From the human T2T-CHM13v2.0 reference genome, Homo sapiens, in the NCBI RefSeq assembly GCF_009914755.1, contig NC_060928.1: a stretch of DNA of 64,000 nucleotides, one strand, 5' to 3'. The notes under the pieces were generated by a model, which was not told the DNA's origin, did not search any database, and saw only the letters and a list, made by a program, of their open reading frames with translations. Positions 12,780 through 25,998 of this stretch are shown here, piece after piece. The position numbers were made by a program, and so were the translations under genes. The first letter of the stretch is position 1. The number at the start of each line of letters is the position of its first letter.

Positions 12780-15700
12780 TTATTCCACAGCTGAGAGACC
12801 AAGGCACTTGGCGGGAAGAGCCTTGTGTTCAAACTAGAGGAAGTGGTCCAAAGCCTGCTTCTGCCAGACACCTGTGCCTTCAGGTGAGCCACATCACTGT
12901 CTAAAAATCCCATTTCATTGTAATCTTTAGGATGGGAGATATCCACTGTGTTCTGAACACATCTTTCATTCATTTTGCATTTTGAAACACAAGGTGTAAC
13001 ATCAGCCACCATGTCTGTCCATGTTCTGTAAACTGCAGGGCATTAGAGAAAAAATAGAGGTGCAGTGAAGATGGGGGTGGCCCACAGGTCTGAAGCTGGA
13101 CTGGGGAGGGGCGGCGGCTCCTTCCTCTAATGCATCCCCGCTCTGAAGGGGAGACTTATTCCTCGGGCCCAGTCTCCTTGGAGGAAGCACCACCTGTGGC
13201 CAGAGATAAGCAGAAGCTATAAATCCATTTTACAGAAGTCACTCAAACAACAAGTGTGGCTTTATGACATCTGGGCTCCCCCTCCCAAGCCAGGCTGCAG
13301 TGCAAGAGAGGCCAGGCCAGATGTGAGAGGCTTATCAGCGATTTCAGGTGGTCTGCAACACTGATAAGAGGCTGACGACACCACAGCCACGGAGGGCCGG
13401 GGAGTGAGACGAGGCCATGCTGGCTGGGGTCTCAGCTCAGCAGGCCAACAGGAGTGGAGAGTGTCCTCTCCCTGGTGGCCCGTAACCCTCTGCACTGATC
13501 CTCCTCAGAACAGGTTTTCAATTTGTCACCAGGGTACTATGGCCCCAGGTAAATTCTCCAGCGTCAAAACTGTGCATACAAATTAATTTTCTTTGCTAGA
13601 TAAGTGTCTTAGCCATGATGTTATGCCTTCAGAAGAGGAATTGCTGTATTTGACTAATTTTACAGTAAACAGTTCCTTCATTGTTTTCCCACTTTTAATC
13701 AAAAGAACACTTAAAAAAGTAAAATACGCTGCTTGAAGGTGTGAACTCGCGGAATGATTGCAGACCTTTCCATGTGCAGCTGAGCAGAGGAGAGATGGTT
13801 TGGGAGGGAAGAATGGGGGGTCAGGTGCTGGGGGTTTGGAAAGTGTAAGAGGCAGAGCCTTGGAGACCCCATGGATACACAGGGGTGGAACTCAGAGGGT
13901 TGGTCCAGAATTACAGACTTGTGCATGGAGAGGGGAGAAAAGAGGAAGGATGGAGGGAGGGGAGGGCTGACTTGTCTGGTGGGAACAGCCCATTGAGTCC
14001 ATGGCTGGGGAAGGGAATTCTCACAAGTGGCTGAAGACGTGAACGCAAAGGGAACACAGAGTGAAAATCCACACCCAACAGCAAAGGATAAAGAGCCAGG
14101 GGACAGCAGGGACAGACAAACCAGCAGGGATGCCTAGAGAACGATTTCAAGGCCTGGGATGCTTCAACCTTTATTTTTTTCTCCTTTCCTCAGGGAGCAG
14201 GTAGGATGCCAGGATGGGACTCGCATCTGCTCTGGTTGATGAGGCGCTGTGAGGATGGCAGGGAATGTTCTTCCCTCAGGAGGTGAGGAGAAGGTCTCTC
14301 ACTCCCACAGCTTCTTCTGGTACTTTCTGGTAGATTAGCCCAAGACCCCTGCTTTCGGTGAGTGGATGGCCAGCAGGGGAGGGGTGGGCCCGGGAGGCCA
14401 TTGACTATCCCAGCACACCTTGAGGAGGGATGGGGGTTGCGGGTCAGGGGAGGGGACTCGCGCTTTGGAGGTTCTACAGCTGAGCAGCTGTGTGGCTCCA
14501 GGCTGGTCTCTCTACCTCTCTGAGCCTCGTGAGCAATTGTCTAAGCTCCAGGCCTGCCCCTCAAACTCCTAAAGGCACATGTCAGTCCTGAAAAGCCCCC
14601 CAAAGGGTCTCATCAGGGAATCCCTCCACACGTGGAAAGAGCTGGAGCTCAGGGTCTGGAGACAGAATTCTACCACTTTTATGGCTGATCTGGCCTCAGC
14701 AAATTACTGAACCTCTTTGAATATCACTCTACCCCAAAGGCTGTCTCTGGTTTTGTTTTAAATGACGTCGAAGTTCAGCTATGCTCTTTGTAGGAAGATG
14801 TGGTACTTTATGTTAAAAAAAAAAAAACAAACAGAAAAAACAAAAAGGAAATAATTGAATGATTGTGCCATTAATTGAAAGTTTATCTCAGTGATTCCAA
14901 TGGATAGAATTGTTATTTTAACATTTTAAATTCTGGAATAATTGAAACATTGGAAAAAGTCAGAGAACCATAAACAAGCACATGCGCCCACCACTCAGAT
15001 CCAGTACATGTGAACATTTTGTCATAGACACTAATTTAAAAAGATCAAAGTTCCTGATGAGGTTGAAATCCTCCACATTTCCCTCCCAGCACCATCCCCT
15101 CCTCCCTTCTCTGCAGAAGCAACTAGTCTCAAGTATGTGATGTGTTTCCAGTCCATTCACCCAATGGACATATACTTTTGCAATCGGTTTTCTTATTAGG
15201 CAAAGGTTTTTAAGATCAATGCAAATTGAATCTTGGGTATCTGATTCATTTTAACTGCTGTGTGATATTTCACAGGTGACTATATCAAAATTTATTCAGT
15301 TTTTGGGATAGACTTCTAGGATGTTTCTTTTCTATTCCCATTATCGCCAATCCTAGGATGAACAACCTTGTTCCCTTCTGCTTGTGAGAGTTTGTCTAAG
15401 ACATATCCCCAGAAATGAAGTAGCTTTTCCAACTATCATGACACTGTTCATCAAAAAAAAATTATATCAGGACCTGAACCTGTAAAACAACTGGAAGAAA
15501 ACATAGGGAAAATCTCCATGACGTTGGTCTTGGCGATATCTTGAGTATTACCCAAAAAGCACAGGTAATGAAAGCAAAAATAGACAAATGGGATGGCATC
15601 AAATGCAAAAGCTTCTGCACACCACAGGAAACCATCAGGAGTGAATAGACAGCCTGCAGAATGGGAGAAAATACTTGCAAACCATATAGCTGATAAAAGG

Positions 15701-15931
15701 TTAGTATCCAAAATATATAAGATACCCAAACAACTCAACAGCAAGAAAACAGATAACCTCGTTAAAAAATGGGCAATGAATTGCGATTTCTCTAAAGAAG
15801 ACACACAAAGGACCAACAGGTTTATAAAGTGCCCAGCATGGCTAATCATCAGAGAATGCAAATTAAAACCACAATGAAATATCACCTCACACTCGCAAGA
15901 ATGGCTTTTATCAAAAAGATGAAAGATAAGT

Positions 15932-16362
15932 CGTATTAGTCCATTCTTGCATTGCATATAAAGAAATACCTGAGACTGGATAATTTATAAAGAAAAGAGG
16001 TTTCGTTGGCTTATGGTTCCACAGTCTGTACAGGAAGCATGATGCTGGCATCTACTCGGCTTCTGGGGAGACTTAAGGAAATTTAAAATCACGGTAGAAG
16101 GCGAAGAAGAAGGACACACATCACGTGGCCAGAGTAGGAGCAAGAGAGAAAGGGAAGGAGCTGCTACATACTTTTAAACAGCCCGGTCTATGAGAACTCT
16201 CTCACTATCTATGACGAGGACAATACCAAGGGAGAGGGCGCTAAACCATTCATGAGAAACCACCCCCATGATCCAATCACATCCCACCAGGCCCCACTTC
16301 CAACAGTGGGGATTACAATTCCACATGAGATTTTGGCAGGAACACAGATACATGCCATATCG
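15932..16362 (-). mobile_element. MST-type MaLR solo LTR
   Basis: gtattagtccattcttgcattgc...aagaaatacctgagactgg...ccatatc; typical MSTA/MSTB sequence. Confidence 0.85.
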
Positions 16363-16576
16363 CAAGAGTAGAGATATAAAAAATGAAACTACCATATAAT
16401 TCAACAATCCCACTTCTGATTATTAGTTTTTGATTTGATTTCAAAGAAATAAAATCAGTATGTCAAAGAGATGTCTGCACTCCGATGTTCACTGCGGCAC
16501 TATTCACAACAGCTGAGTTACAGAGTCAGCCTAAGTTCTCCATCAACAGAGGAAAGGATAAAAAAATGTAATATAT

Positions 16577-16978
16577 TGGTCGATAGCCAACCTCCCCAAC
16601 AGCACTTGGGTTTTCCTGTTGAGAGAGGGGACTGAGAGACAGGACTAGCTGGATTTCCTAGGCCGACTAAGAATCTCTAAGCCTAGCTGGGAAGGTGACG
16701 GCATCCACCTTTAAACACGTGGCTTGCAACTTAGCTCACACCCGACCAATCAGGTAGTAAAGAGAGCTCACTAAAATGCTAATTAGACAAAAACAGGAGG
16801 TAAAGAAATAGCCAATCATCTATCGCTTGAGAGCACAGCGGGAGGGACAAGGATCGGGATATAAACCCAGGCATTCGAGCCGGCAACCGCTACCCTCTTT
16901 GGGTCCCCTCCCTTTGTATGGGAGCTCTGTATTCACTCTATTAAATCTTGCAACTGCAAAAAAAAAAAAAAAAAATTT
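16577..16978 (+). mobile_element. HERV-W (LTR17) processed retrocopy: post-env sequence, PPT, U3-R, poly(A)
   Basis: Matches the syncytin-1-type 3' end (gccaacctccccaacagcacttgggttttcctgttgag...; LTR begins TGAGAGACAGG at 16633); ends ATTAAATCTTGCAACTGC + poly(A) with no U5; 15 bp TSD AAAAATGTAATATAT at 16562-16576 and 16979-16993. Confidence 0.93.
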
Positions 16979-17449
16979 AAAAATGTAATATATGTACACA
17001 ATGGAATACTATTCAGCCAAAAAGGGGGAAAGTCCTGTCATTTGTGACAGGAGGGATGAACTTCAGGGTTGTGATGCCAAGAGAAATAAGCCAGACCCAG
17101 AAAGACAAATGCCACGTGATCTCACCCAAACGTGGGCGCTGAAAACGTTGGTCTCATAGAAATAGAGTAGAATGGTGGGACCAGAGATTGGTGTGGGGGG
17201 CTGCATAGACATTGATCCAAAGATACAAAATTTCATTTAGACAGGAGATCTATTGTATTGTATACTTGAAAACTGTGAAAAGAGTGGATTTTGCATGTTT
17301 TTTACCACAAAAAATAACTGTATTAGATAATGGATATGTTAGTCTGATTTAGTCATTCCACAATGTACACATATTCCAAAACATGTAGTACACCATAAAT
17401 ATATACAATTTTTATTTATCAATCTAAAAAAATATAATTTAAAAAACAA

Positions 17450-19340
17450 TTTGTATCAATTTACTATTTCAAAATCAGCTTATGAGAGTTTCTGTTTTTC
17501 TCATCTGCACTAACAGTTGGTATTATCAGACTGTATTTTTTTTCTCCCTATTTGATGGGTGTAAAATTTTATCACATGGTTTTAATATGTCTCTCTCTGG
17601 TTACTAGAAAGACTCAACATCTTTTCATATATTTAAACAGCCATACAATTTATTCTTCTAGATGGGGCAGTCTGTATCCTGCCCATTTTTCTCTCTCTTC
17701 CTTATTGATTTGTAGGCAATTTGGATATAGTTGTGAATTAACACATTATCTTTCTAATTTCTGCTTTATTTTTTTCTTAGCTTTGCTTATTGTGTCCTTC
17801 AAATGTTTTTATACTGTCTTTTTATACCATCTTCTCAGTGTTTTTCTTTCGTGGGTGCACTGTTTATGTCTTGTTTAAGGATGTTTTCATAAGGAATACA
17901 CAAATACACAAAGGTATTGTCTTGTGTGTTATATGATAATATTGTTTTACTTGTTAGCTCTGTCATCATTCTCAAATTTATTTTTGTTTATTGTGTGAGG
18001 AAGAGATATATAATTATTTTTTAATTGGATAGCCTATTGTCATAACACCGTTTATTGTATTGTCTATTATATTCCCTGTGACCGGTATTGTATTCTCAGC
18101 AATTTACCAAATTTCTCTGGGTCTGTTTCTGGGATCTCTCTTCTGTTTCACTGGTTATTTATTATCTTTGCATCAATACCCCATTTGATTAATTTGTATA
18201 ACTTTATAAGGAATCATGATACCTTATAGGGAAGTTCCTCTCCCTCCCATTTGTCTTTTCAAAACTTATTGATCTTTTACATTTGTCTATAAATTTTAGA
18301 GTACATCAAGATCCATCCTGTTGGGATGTCCATTGGACACACAGAATTTATGTTAATTTGAGATTCATAAACATGACTATCACTTTAGTTATAGAGGACA
18401 TTTTTAATGTCCTTTAACAAAGTTTCATAATTTTCTCCATACAGTTTGTATACATATTTTCTTACATTTATTGCTAGGTACCTTATATTTTTTTCTGCTA
18501 TTATAAATAAGATTAGTTTTAAAATTGAATTTTCCAATTAGTTTTTAATATTTTATGGGAATACCATTCATTTTTATTATAAAATTTTGACTAAATAATT
18601 AAATAAATGTATAAATGTGCATGTGTATATATGAATGGTAAAACAGTGACCCATTGTGTACCTACTACTCTGCTTAAGAATAAAGTATTGCTATTAATTT
18701 TAAAGTCCTTCTTTAAAATTACTGTTCTCCTCTATCCCATCCTCTTCCTCTGCTCCTCACGTGGATTCCGTCCTCCAATTTTTTTTAATCACTCTCTTTA
18801 ACTTCTTTAAAGTTTTAACCCACCTATTTCTAGCCCCAAAATATATATTTTATGTTTTTCCTGTATTTGTTCTCTACATTCTGTATGTCTTCTTCTGCTG
18901 CTTACATTTTCTTCCTCACTTTATGTACCTGAGATTCAGCCATATCATTACGTGTCATTATAGTGTATTAATTATCATTATCATTGTATGACTCTACAAC
19001 AATTTATATATCTGCTCTATCATTGATGGGCATTTGGGTTATTTCCAGTCATTTGCTATTATAAACATTCTGCCATGAGCATCCTTAGACATATTTGCTG
19101 GTCCATAGGTAAAATAATTCATCTAGGGTACATTTTAGGGTTAAAACTTGCTGGGGTATAGGATATGCACATTTCTAAATTTTCTAGGTAACAATAAATT
19201 GTTTTTCCATGTAGCCATATTACTAGCAGTATGTCATGTCCTGGTTGCCTTAGGTCCTCATCAACACTTGATATTGTCAGATTTTGAATTTTTAAGCATG
19301 TTTGTAGCTATAAAATGATATTTACTTGAAACTTCACTTT
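17450..19340 (-). mobile_element. Ancient degraded L1M fragments
   Basis: AT-rich, with L1 antisense motifs (ttgatgggcatttgggttatttccag, ctctgggtctgtttctgg). Confidence 0.6.
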
Positions 19341-22304
19341 TAAATCTAAAGATAGAGACAAACTGTCCTAATCCACTTATTCTAACTTCAGACCCTTCCT
19401 CTCCAGAGAAGAATAATTTCTAAACTCAGAATATGTATAACTGCCCAGGCCAGAGGAAGGATGCCCAATGCTGAGGAAGTGACAAAAACTTGAGCCCATG
19501 TTCTGACTTAGGAATGCCTTGAGCTGGATTGAGGCAGCAGAAGTGGGATTGGAATCAAATGAATTAAGAAGCAATGACTCTGGAGCAAGTTTCCTTGTCT
19601 TTGTGTGGCAGCCAGGAAATTATCGAAAAAATAAGCAGACTTGCATTTCAGGAATTTGATTGCAAACATTTTAGAAATGCATATCGAGTGCCCAAATAAG
19701 CCTGGGTTGCCTTCACCATGAAGAAACATAATCTAAGTTATGACTCTGCTGACTTGACCATTTTCCACATATTGGTACTCTATTTTTTTTAATCTTCTGT
19801 CCTCTAACCCTTAATCGATGTCAGGACAGCCCTTTCCTCTATCCTGTGTGTTCTTGATCTGACAATCTACAGAACTGAACATTCTGCAAATGCGGAAGGG
19901 GATTTTGCATTTTTAGCACTCTTGCAAATCAACTAGGCTTAAATGATGAGGATTTTTGCCTAATAATTCTCAGTTGGTTTAAATTGCCCCTGGGTGTGAA
20001 GGTGCAATGCTGATTTCAGCAGTCAAAGGACATGATCTGCCTTCCATTTTAATGGCTCACCTTGACCACTGTGCTGAGGATAAGCTGTGTCGGGGCAAGG
20101 ATGGAAGCAGAGAGACCCTCTAGGTAGCCACTGCAGTAATCTGGGGAAACAAATTCAAGTGACCTTGGATCAGGTGGGCAGCTGGGGAAATGCTAAGAAT
20201 TGGTCACATTCTGGGTTATTTAGACATTAGAGAGAGCAGGATTTCTGATGCCTTGGAAGTAGGTTATGGGAGAAAGAAAGGAGTCAAATTTAACACCATG
20301 CTTTTTGGTACAAGCACAAAGATGGTCTCTAAAGCCACGAAGCATGAGATCCCAAAGAGAGTAAAGAGCACGCAGAGGAAAGGAAGGGAGTGAGAGCTGA
20401 GCTCGGATCACTCCAATGCCGAGAGGTCATGGGAAGAGAGGACCTAGCAGCAGAGGTGGAGAAGAAGTAGCCAGTGGAGTGGGAAGACTCAGAGAGGTGG
20501 CGCCCTGGACGCAAAGTGAGAAAAGTACGTCAAGGGGGAGGAAGCAATCAGCTGGGGCAGGTTTGATGATGAGTATGATGAACATACAAGGATGAAATAA
20601 GTACAAGAGAGAAAGGTAGTCCAGAAAAGAGAGTTGTTCCTTCTATCGGGGATTCTGCAAAAGTTTCAGGGTACAAGTTACACTTAAGCAGTTGAAAGAC
20701 CATAGGGGTTTCCAAGGGTGTGGGAGGTGGGAAGGCAGCCCGGCACGTGCTTAGACATGGAGGTAATGCTACATTCAGAAAATGCTTTGTTGTGAGAAGT
20801 GGGCATATGTGTGGGTGTAGGGGGAAAATAGCAGTGGGTGAGATCAGGGAAGGCCAAGGCCAGATGAGGTGAGTCTTTACAGGAGCAGCTGGTGGGCATG
20901 AAACAGAGGAATATTGGAAGCAGATTTGCACCATAGGAAGATTGCTCTGGCTTGTGGGTGGAGGGTGGATTTGGAGGGAGGGAGGAAGACATGAGGACAT
21001 ACAGGAGGGAGCTGTTGCTGTTGTCCAGGTGGGAGGCTGGAACAAGGGTTTATGTTCAACTGTGCTCTTGTCTTGGAAAAGGGAGTGCATGGACTTTTGT
21101 ACTGCAGGTACTGTCATCCAAAAGTAACCCTGGACTCTTCAGCAACTACTGCATTGGCTTTGATGGTAATTAGAGCTGATTAGAGCTCTTATTTCCATCA
21201 GATCCTATAAGTGCTTGAAATGTGTCGATTCATGTTATCTCCCAAATAAGCCTATGACATTTGTATTATTGTCATCCTTATTTCTCAGATGAGAAAACCG
21301 AAGCACAAAGGCGCTAAGTAAATTGCGCACCCACACATAGCTAAGAAGCGGCAGAGCTGGACGAAACCTCTGCACTCACCACTTCCGTGGCTGTGCTTTG
21401 TTTCACGAGGTGAGACAAATCAGCTGAGGAAGTAGAACATAGGCCCTAATGACTAACAAGCCTATGAAAAGCAAGTCCCGCTTCTGATGGGGAAGCCTTA
21501 GGGGAGAAGGACCAGTGACTGGCAGACCCTCACTTGGGACAAGAACTAATGCTGGGGTAAGACCCACCAGAAGATTGAGTCCTGAGCACAGACACAACCC
21601 GGTGTTTGTTCTGAGAAGCTTCTGAACTAAGGCTGAGTCAGAAAAAGCCAATGGAGAAGGCAAGAGACACAGAGGAAACAGGGATAACCAGCTGGCTGTG
21701 CAGAAAGCTGAAGAAGGAGTCCAGGGTGGCGGCAATGGGCTGGGACACAGAGGGAGGAGCAGTGTCCTTGTTTTGTTACTGTTGTAACCCAAATCAAGGA
21801 GGCCCCTTCAGGAAGTGACAGCCTCCAACCATGTCCAATCCTTCTGCTTAGAAAGGGATTCTTCTTTACGTGACCCTGGTCTTGCAACTAGTGATGGGGT
21901 AGGGATGTGCTGCCTGGTAGCCTTTACCGCAAGCAAAGCCATTTACATTTGGATCCCTCTACATTTTCAGCTCCACTTCTCAACCTCCCTAACCACACAA
22001 TGGCATCCAAACCATGCCATTCACTTCCCCTGGAAGCCTCCATGCCTGTGGTGGTGCTATAGCTTCTGCCTCCACCCCTTTTCAGCTCAACAAGCTCCCC
22101 GTCACATTGCGAGTCCTTGCCCAAACTGCAGATACTCCAAGAAATCTTTCTGCCCCTTATTTGCGCCTTCCTCTGCTCTCTTTCAGATTTTGCATTTGTC
22201 TCCCTTGGTAACCTAAAAAGGGAAATTCTTTACTTTTCATCTCAGTGTTTGTTGAGTTCATAGTAAGCACTTGGTAAATATTGAAGAAGTGGACAAACAA
22301 ATAA

Positions 22305-22643
22305 ATGTCCTTTGAAGGAATGCAGATGGAGCTGGAGGCCATTATCCTTAGCAAACTAATGCAGGAAGAGAAAATCAAATATTGCGTGTTCTCATTTGTA
22401 AGTGGGAGCTAAATAATAAGAACACATAAAAACTTAGTGGGGAGCAATAGACACAGGGGCCTACTAGAGGGTGGAGGGTGGGAGGAGGGAGAGGATCCAG
22501 AAAAATAACTAATAGACACTAGGCTTAATACCTGGGTGACAAAACAATCTGCACAACGAATCCCCATGACAAGAGTGTGCCTACATAACAAACCTGCACA
22601 GGTACCCCTGAACTTGAAAGTTTAAAAAAAAAATTAAAAAACC
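22305..22643 (+). mobile_element. Short 5'-truncated L1 3' end (old L1PA/L1PB)
   Basis: gatggagctggaggccattatccttagcaaactaatgcagg...A tail; TSD ACAAATAAATGTC at 22297-22309 and 22644-22656. Confidence 0.88.
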
Positions 22644-22956
22644 ACAAATAAATGTCTGAAATGCTTTAATTAGTTCTTGTCTTCACTGGTTTGCTTTTAC
22701 TGCCTGGAACTAGCAAAGGGTTAGCAGAGCTATGAAATGACTGTGTCACTTGCCTGTTTGTCTGGAATCCCTTCACCACCACGTATTAGCTGTCTGGAGA
22801 AATCACTTAACCTTTGAACCCCATTGTGTTTCCTCCACTGTAAATCAGGGCATATAGCCCCCATCCTGCAGCATCTTTGTGAAGAATCAGTGGCTAAGGA
22901 ATGCTGTGTGCTGGGTTCCATGCCGCCATATTCAGTATCAGCCAGGAAGTGGTAGA

Positions 22957-22979
22957 TGGTGGTGGTGGTGGTGGTGGTG
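22957..22979. repeat. (GGT)n microsatellite
   Basis: About 7 GGT units. Confidence 0.85.
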
Positions 22980-23048
22980 ATTTAAAAAAAGAGTCAGTCT
23001 GTTGCATTATTTTCCTTTGCAAAAAGGTTATTTATTGAAAAAGTGATT

Positions 23049-23503
23049 GTTGTGGGTTGAATTGTGTCTCCCAAAAAGATATGTTGAGTCTTAACCCTCT
23101 GTACTGTTAACATGACCTCATTTGGAAATAGGGTCCTTGTAGATGTTATCAGATTAGGATGGGATTATACTGGATGAGAGTGGCTCCTAATTTAATAGTA
23201 TTGTTATAAGAAGAAACAATTTTGAACACAGAGACACAGACACAGGGAGAACACCAGATGTTGATGGGGGCAGAAACTGAAGGGACGCGTCTAAAAGCTG
23301 AGACATGGTGAAGGATGCCACCAATGGCCGGAAGCCAGGAAGAGATGAGGAAGAATCCTGTCCTAAAATCATCAGAGGGAGTGTGTCCCCGATGATGCCT
23401 CGATTTCAGAACTTCTAGCCTCCAGAACTATGAGACAACGCATTTCTCTTCTTTCAAGCCATATAGTTTGTGGTCTCGTGTTACGGCAGACCCAGAAACT
23501 AAT
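23049..23503 (+). mobile_element. MLT1-type LTR
   Basis: tgtgggttgaattgtgtctcccaaaaagatatgttgag...cttctagcctccagaactatgagac...gttacggcag. Confidence 0.8.
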
Positions 23504-24229
23504 AATTCTGTGGACTTGTGCTTCTAAATAGAAAATACAAACTTATAAATCTTTCTCATAAATCATCTGAGAAGTTAGAGGCATCTAGGATTAAGGAGGA
23601 AAATCCTGGTCTATATGTTGAGAAAAGAGGAAAAGAAGCCAAAAGACTCCAATACAACATGTGGAATTTAGCAAAATCAACATTTGAGATACTTTTTCAA
23701 CAATCCCGTTTCTTAACTGAGATTTTATTGTTGGGTTCATAAATTAATTTAACAAGCATGTTTCACCTGCAGAGAGCCGGGGTGGCCACGCTGGGAAGAG
23801 TATGGACTTTGGAGTTGCACAGGCTTGGGTTCAATCCAGGCTTCCCCACTTAGCAGCCAGTGGTCTCAGGCAAGTTACTTGACCTACATGAGCCTCAGCC
23901 TCCTTCCGTGCCCATCTCCGGGTTTGCTGTGTGGAGTCAATAGTTGATATTTGTGATAAGTGCAGCAAAGCACTGCCTGTGGGTATGATGCAATCTGCTC
24001 CCAATGTATATCTCCAAAGGAAACATCTGTCCTCAACAGAAATCAGAGCAATCCCCAACACTTAAAGAGCAGACATTCATGCAGGTGGATGAAGCAGAAC
24101 CAGAGACACTTGAGCTTGACTGAAAGAAGGAGAAAGTTGCATCATGCTTAGAGCAGGAGTTTTCAAGAGAAGTGTGAAAAAAACACAACCCTGACATCCA
24201 CCTTGGACAGATACAACAGGACACGTGTT

Positions 24230-24792
24230 TCTCATGTGAAGAGATTCTTTATTTGATTTTCATCACCTTTCAATGAAAGAGTGGGTCCTGTCAGCACTAC
24301 GTAAAATATATATCTTAAGAGCATTAATTTCTTTTTAAATGAAAGACAGTGAAGAAAGTCTGTGTTAGAAAAAGGCATAATAGAAGCTTGGTTAAATGTA
24401 AGCAGGTTTCTATCAAGAAAGAATAAAAGTACCATTACTCCATTAAACCAGTAATAAAAACATACTATTGTGCATGTTCTCAAAATAGTTGTTCATAAAA
24501 GTGAAGCTTGTTAGTCCTTTTCTTCTTTTTAGTGACCAAATCAACATGCTGTGTATCTAACCATCCTGGCAAGACATGAGTCAAGGGAATGAGAAGCATG
24601 GTTGCTAACTCTATGCTCAAAGGAGGTTCCTGGGTAGGAATACCAGCCCTGTTTTCCAGAAGGTAGAGAGATACATAACAGTTTCAGATACAACTAACAC
24701 AAGACCTGTGAGGGTCATGGCTCTGGCCCATTAAGTCTGGGTAGCTGACATAACTTTAGTTCTCTTGGGTTCTTTCTCTGGTCTCAGTTCCC
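24230..24792 (-). other. CYTL1: CYTL1 3' UTR
   Basis: Runs from the stop codon to just past the first minus-strand AATAAA; cleavage site estimated. Confidence 0.8.
24248..24253 (-). terminator. CYTL1: CYTL1 polyadenylation signal AATAAA
   Basis: tttatt on plus strand, about 540 nt after the stop; GT/T-rich sequence follows on the minus strand (gtgtcctgttgt, gggttgtgttttttt). Confidence 0.85.
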
Positions 24793-24876
24793 TTAGCGCT
24801 GACGATCTGGCAGGACCGTAGTCACTGGGATTGGGTATTCCAAGGCATTGCAGTCATCCAACAGGAATACCAAATC
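24793..24876 (-). CDS. CYTL1: CYTL1 coding exon 4 (aa 110-136 + stop)
   Basis: Acceptor catctttttcag, encodes DLVFLLDDCNALEYPIPVTTVLPDRQR, TAA at 24795-24793. Joined CDS is 411 nt, 136 aa, 6 Cys. Confidence 0.97.
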   Translation of the reverse strand, partial: DLVFLLDDCNALEYPIPVTTVLPDRQR

Positions 24877-25609
24877 CTGAAAAAGATGTGCAATGAGCAG
24901 GAAAGTTACTGAAGGTGGTCACGGAGTCCATATGCAACTGTAGGGCTCTTGGTTATCCTCAAAGGCCATTCAGTTGTTCCTCTTTCTGTAAAAACTTCCC
25001 ATGCCTTACTCTCCCCAAAAAGGGCTAGTCACTTCTTGCTTCACATTCCAATAAAATTTCATTTTCATTTCACATAATTTTCACTTCACATTCCAATAAA
25101 ATTTCATGTTTTATGGAATTCACACATACATTGATTGACTAGATGGATAGATGAATGGGTGAGGGAGGGAATAAATGAATGAACCTTAGTTGCTGAGCAG
25201 CACCCTGGGTCAGGCATTGGAATGACCTCACTTCAATCAATACCACTTCTCATCACACTGTTATCATAATTGTATCAGCTTCCTATCTTCCCCCACAAAC
25301 CAAAGGGAGCAGGGAGGAGGAGGAAACTGGGTGTGGGGGAAAATTCATAACACATCTTTCATACAGGATCAAGAAATTATAACTTAATAGCTAATTACTG
25401 CAGTTTCCAGAGGAGCTTACTCTGGGCTAGGCATGGTGCTAGCAATTCCATATTTAGTCACTCTACTAGGCTTCTTAGGATCAAGGGAGTTACTGCAGTG
25501 CCCACACAAGGTAAGGGTGTAATTATTATTATCCACCTCATGAGATGGGCACTACCATGTCCTCAGTTCAGGACTGAGGAAACTGTGCCTCAGAGGAGTG
25601 AAGGGACAC

Positions 25610-25998
25610 TGCTGTGATTTGAATGTGGTCCCAAAAGTTTATGTGTTGGAAACTTAATCCCTCTGCCTTTGTAGGTGAATTAATGTAGGCTTTGACTTAA
25701 TGAATGGATTAATGAGGGCTCTGCCCTTATGAATGGATTAACGTCACTACCTTGGGAGAGGGTTGCTTATTGCAGGGGTGGCTTTGTTAAAAAAGTGAAC
25801 TCTCTCTGGCTCTTACCCTCTTGCTGAGTGATGACCTCTGCCATGGTATGATGCAGCAAGAAGGCCCTCACCAGATGCCAGCACCATGCTCTTAGACTAC
25901 CCCCCAGCCTCCTCCATAAGCTAAACAAACATCTTTTTTTAAAAAATAACTGACCCAGTCTGTGGTGTTATGTTATAGCAGCAGAAACAGACTAAGAC
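25610..25998 (+). mobile_element. MST/MLT1A-type LTR in CYTL1 intron 3
   Basis: tgctgtgatttgaatgtggtcccaaaagtttatgtgttggaaacttaatcc...gttatagcagcagaaacagactaagaca. Confidence 0.8.

Larger units (their letters stand above)
15450..17450 (+). mobile_element. Older L1 (L1MA/L1PB-type) 3' region hosting an MST LTR and the HERV-W retrocopy
   Basis: ORF2 C-terminal remnant ([27 protein letters not shown]...) and L1M-type 3' UTR ending in an A-rich tail. Confidence 0.8.

Noticed and set aside
20548-21117. 189 aa minus-strand ORF
   Set aside because: Lies in degraded L2-like sequence; Pro/Ser-rich with no domain.
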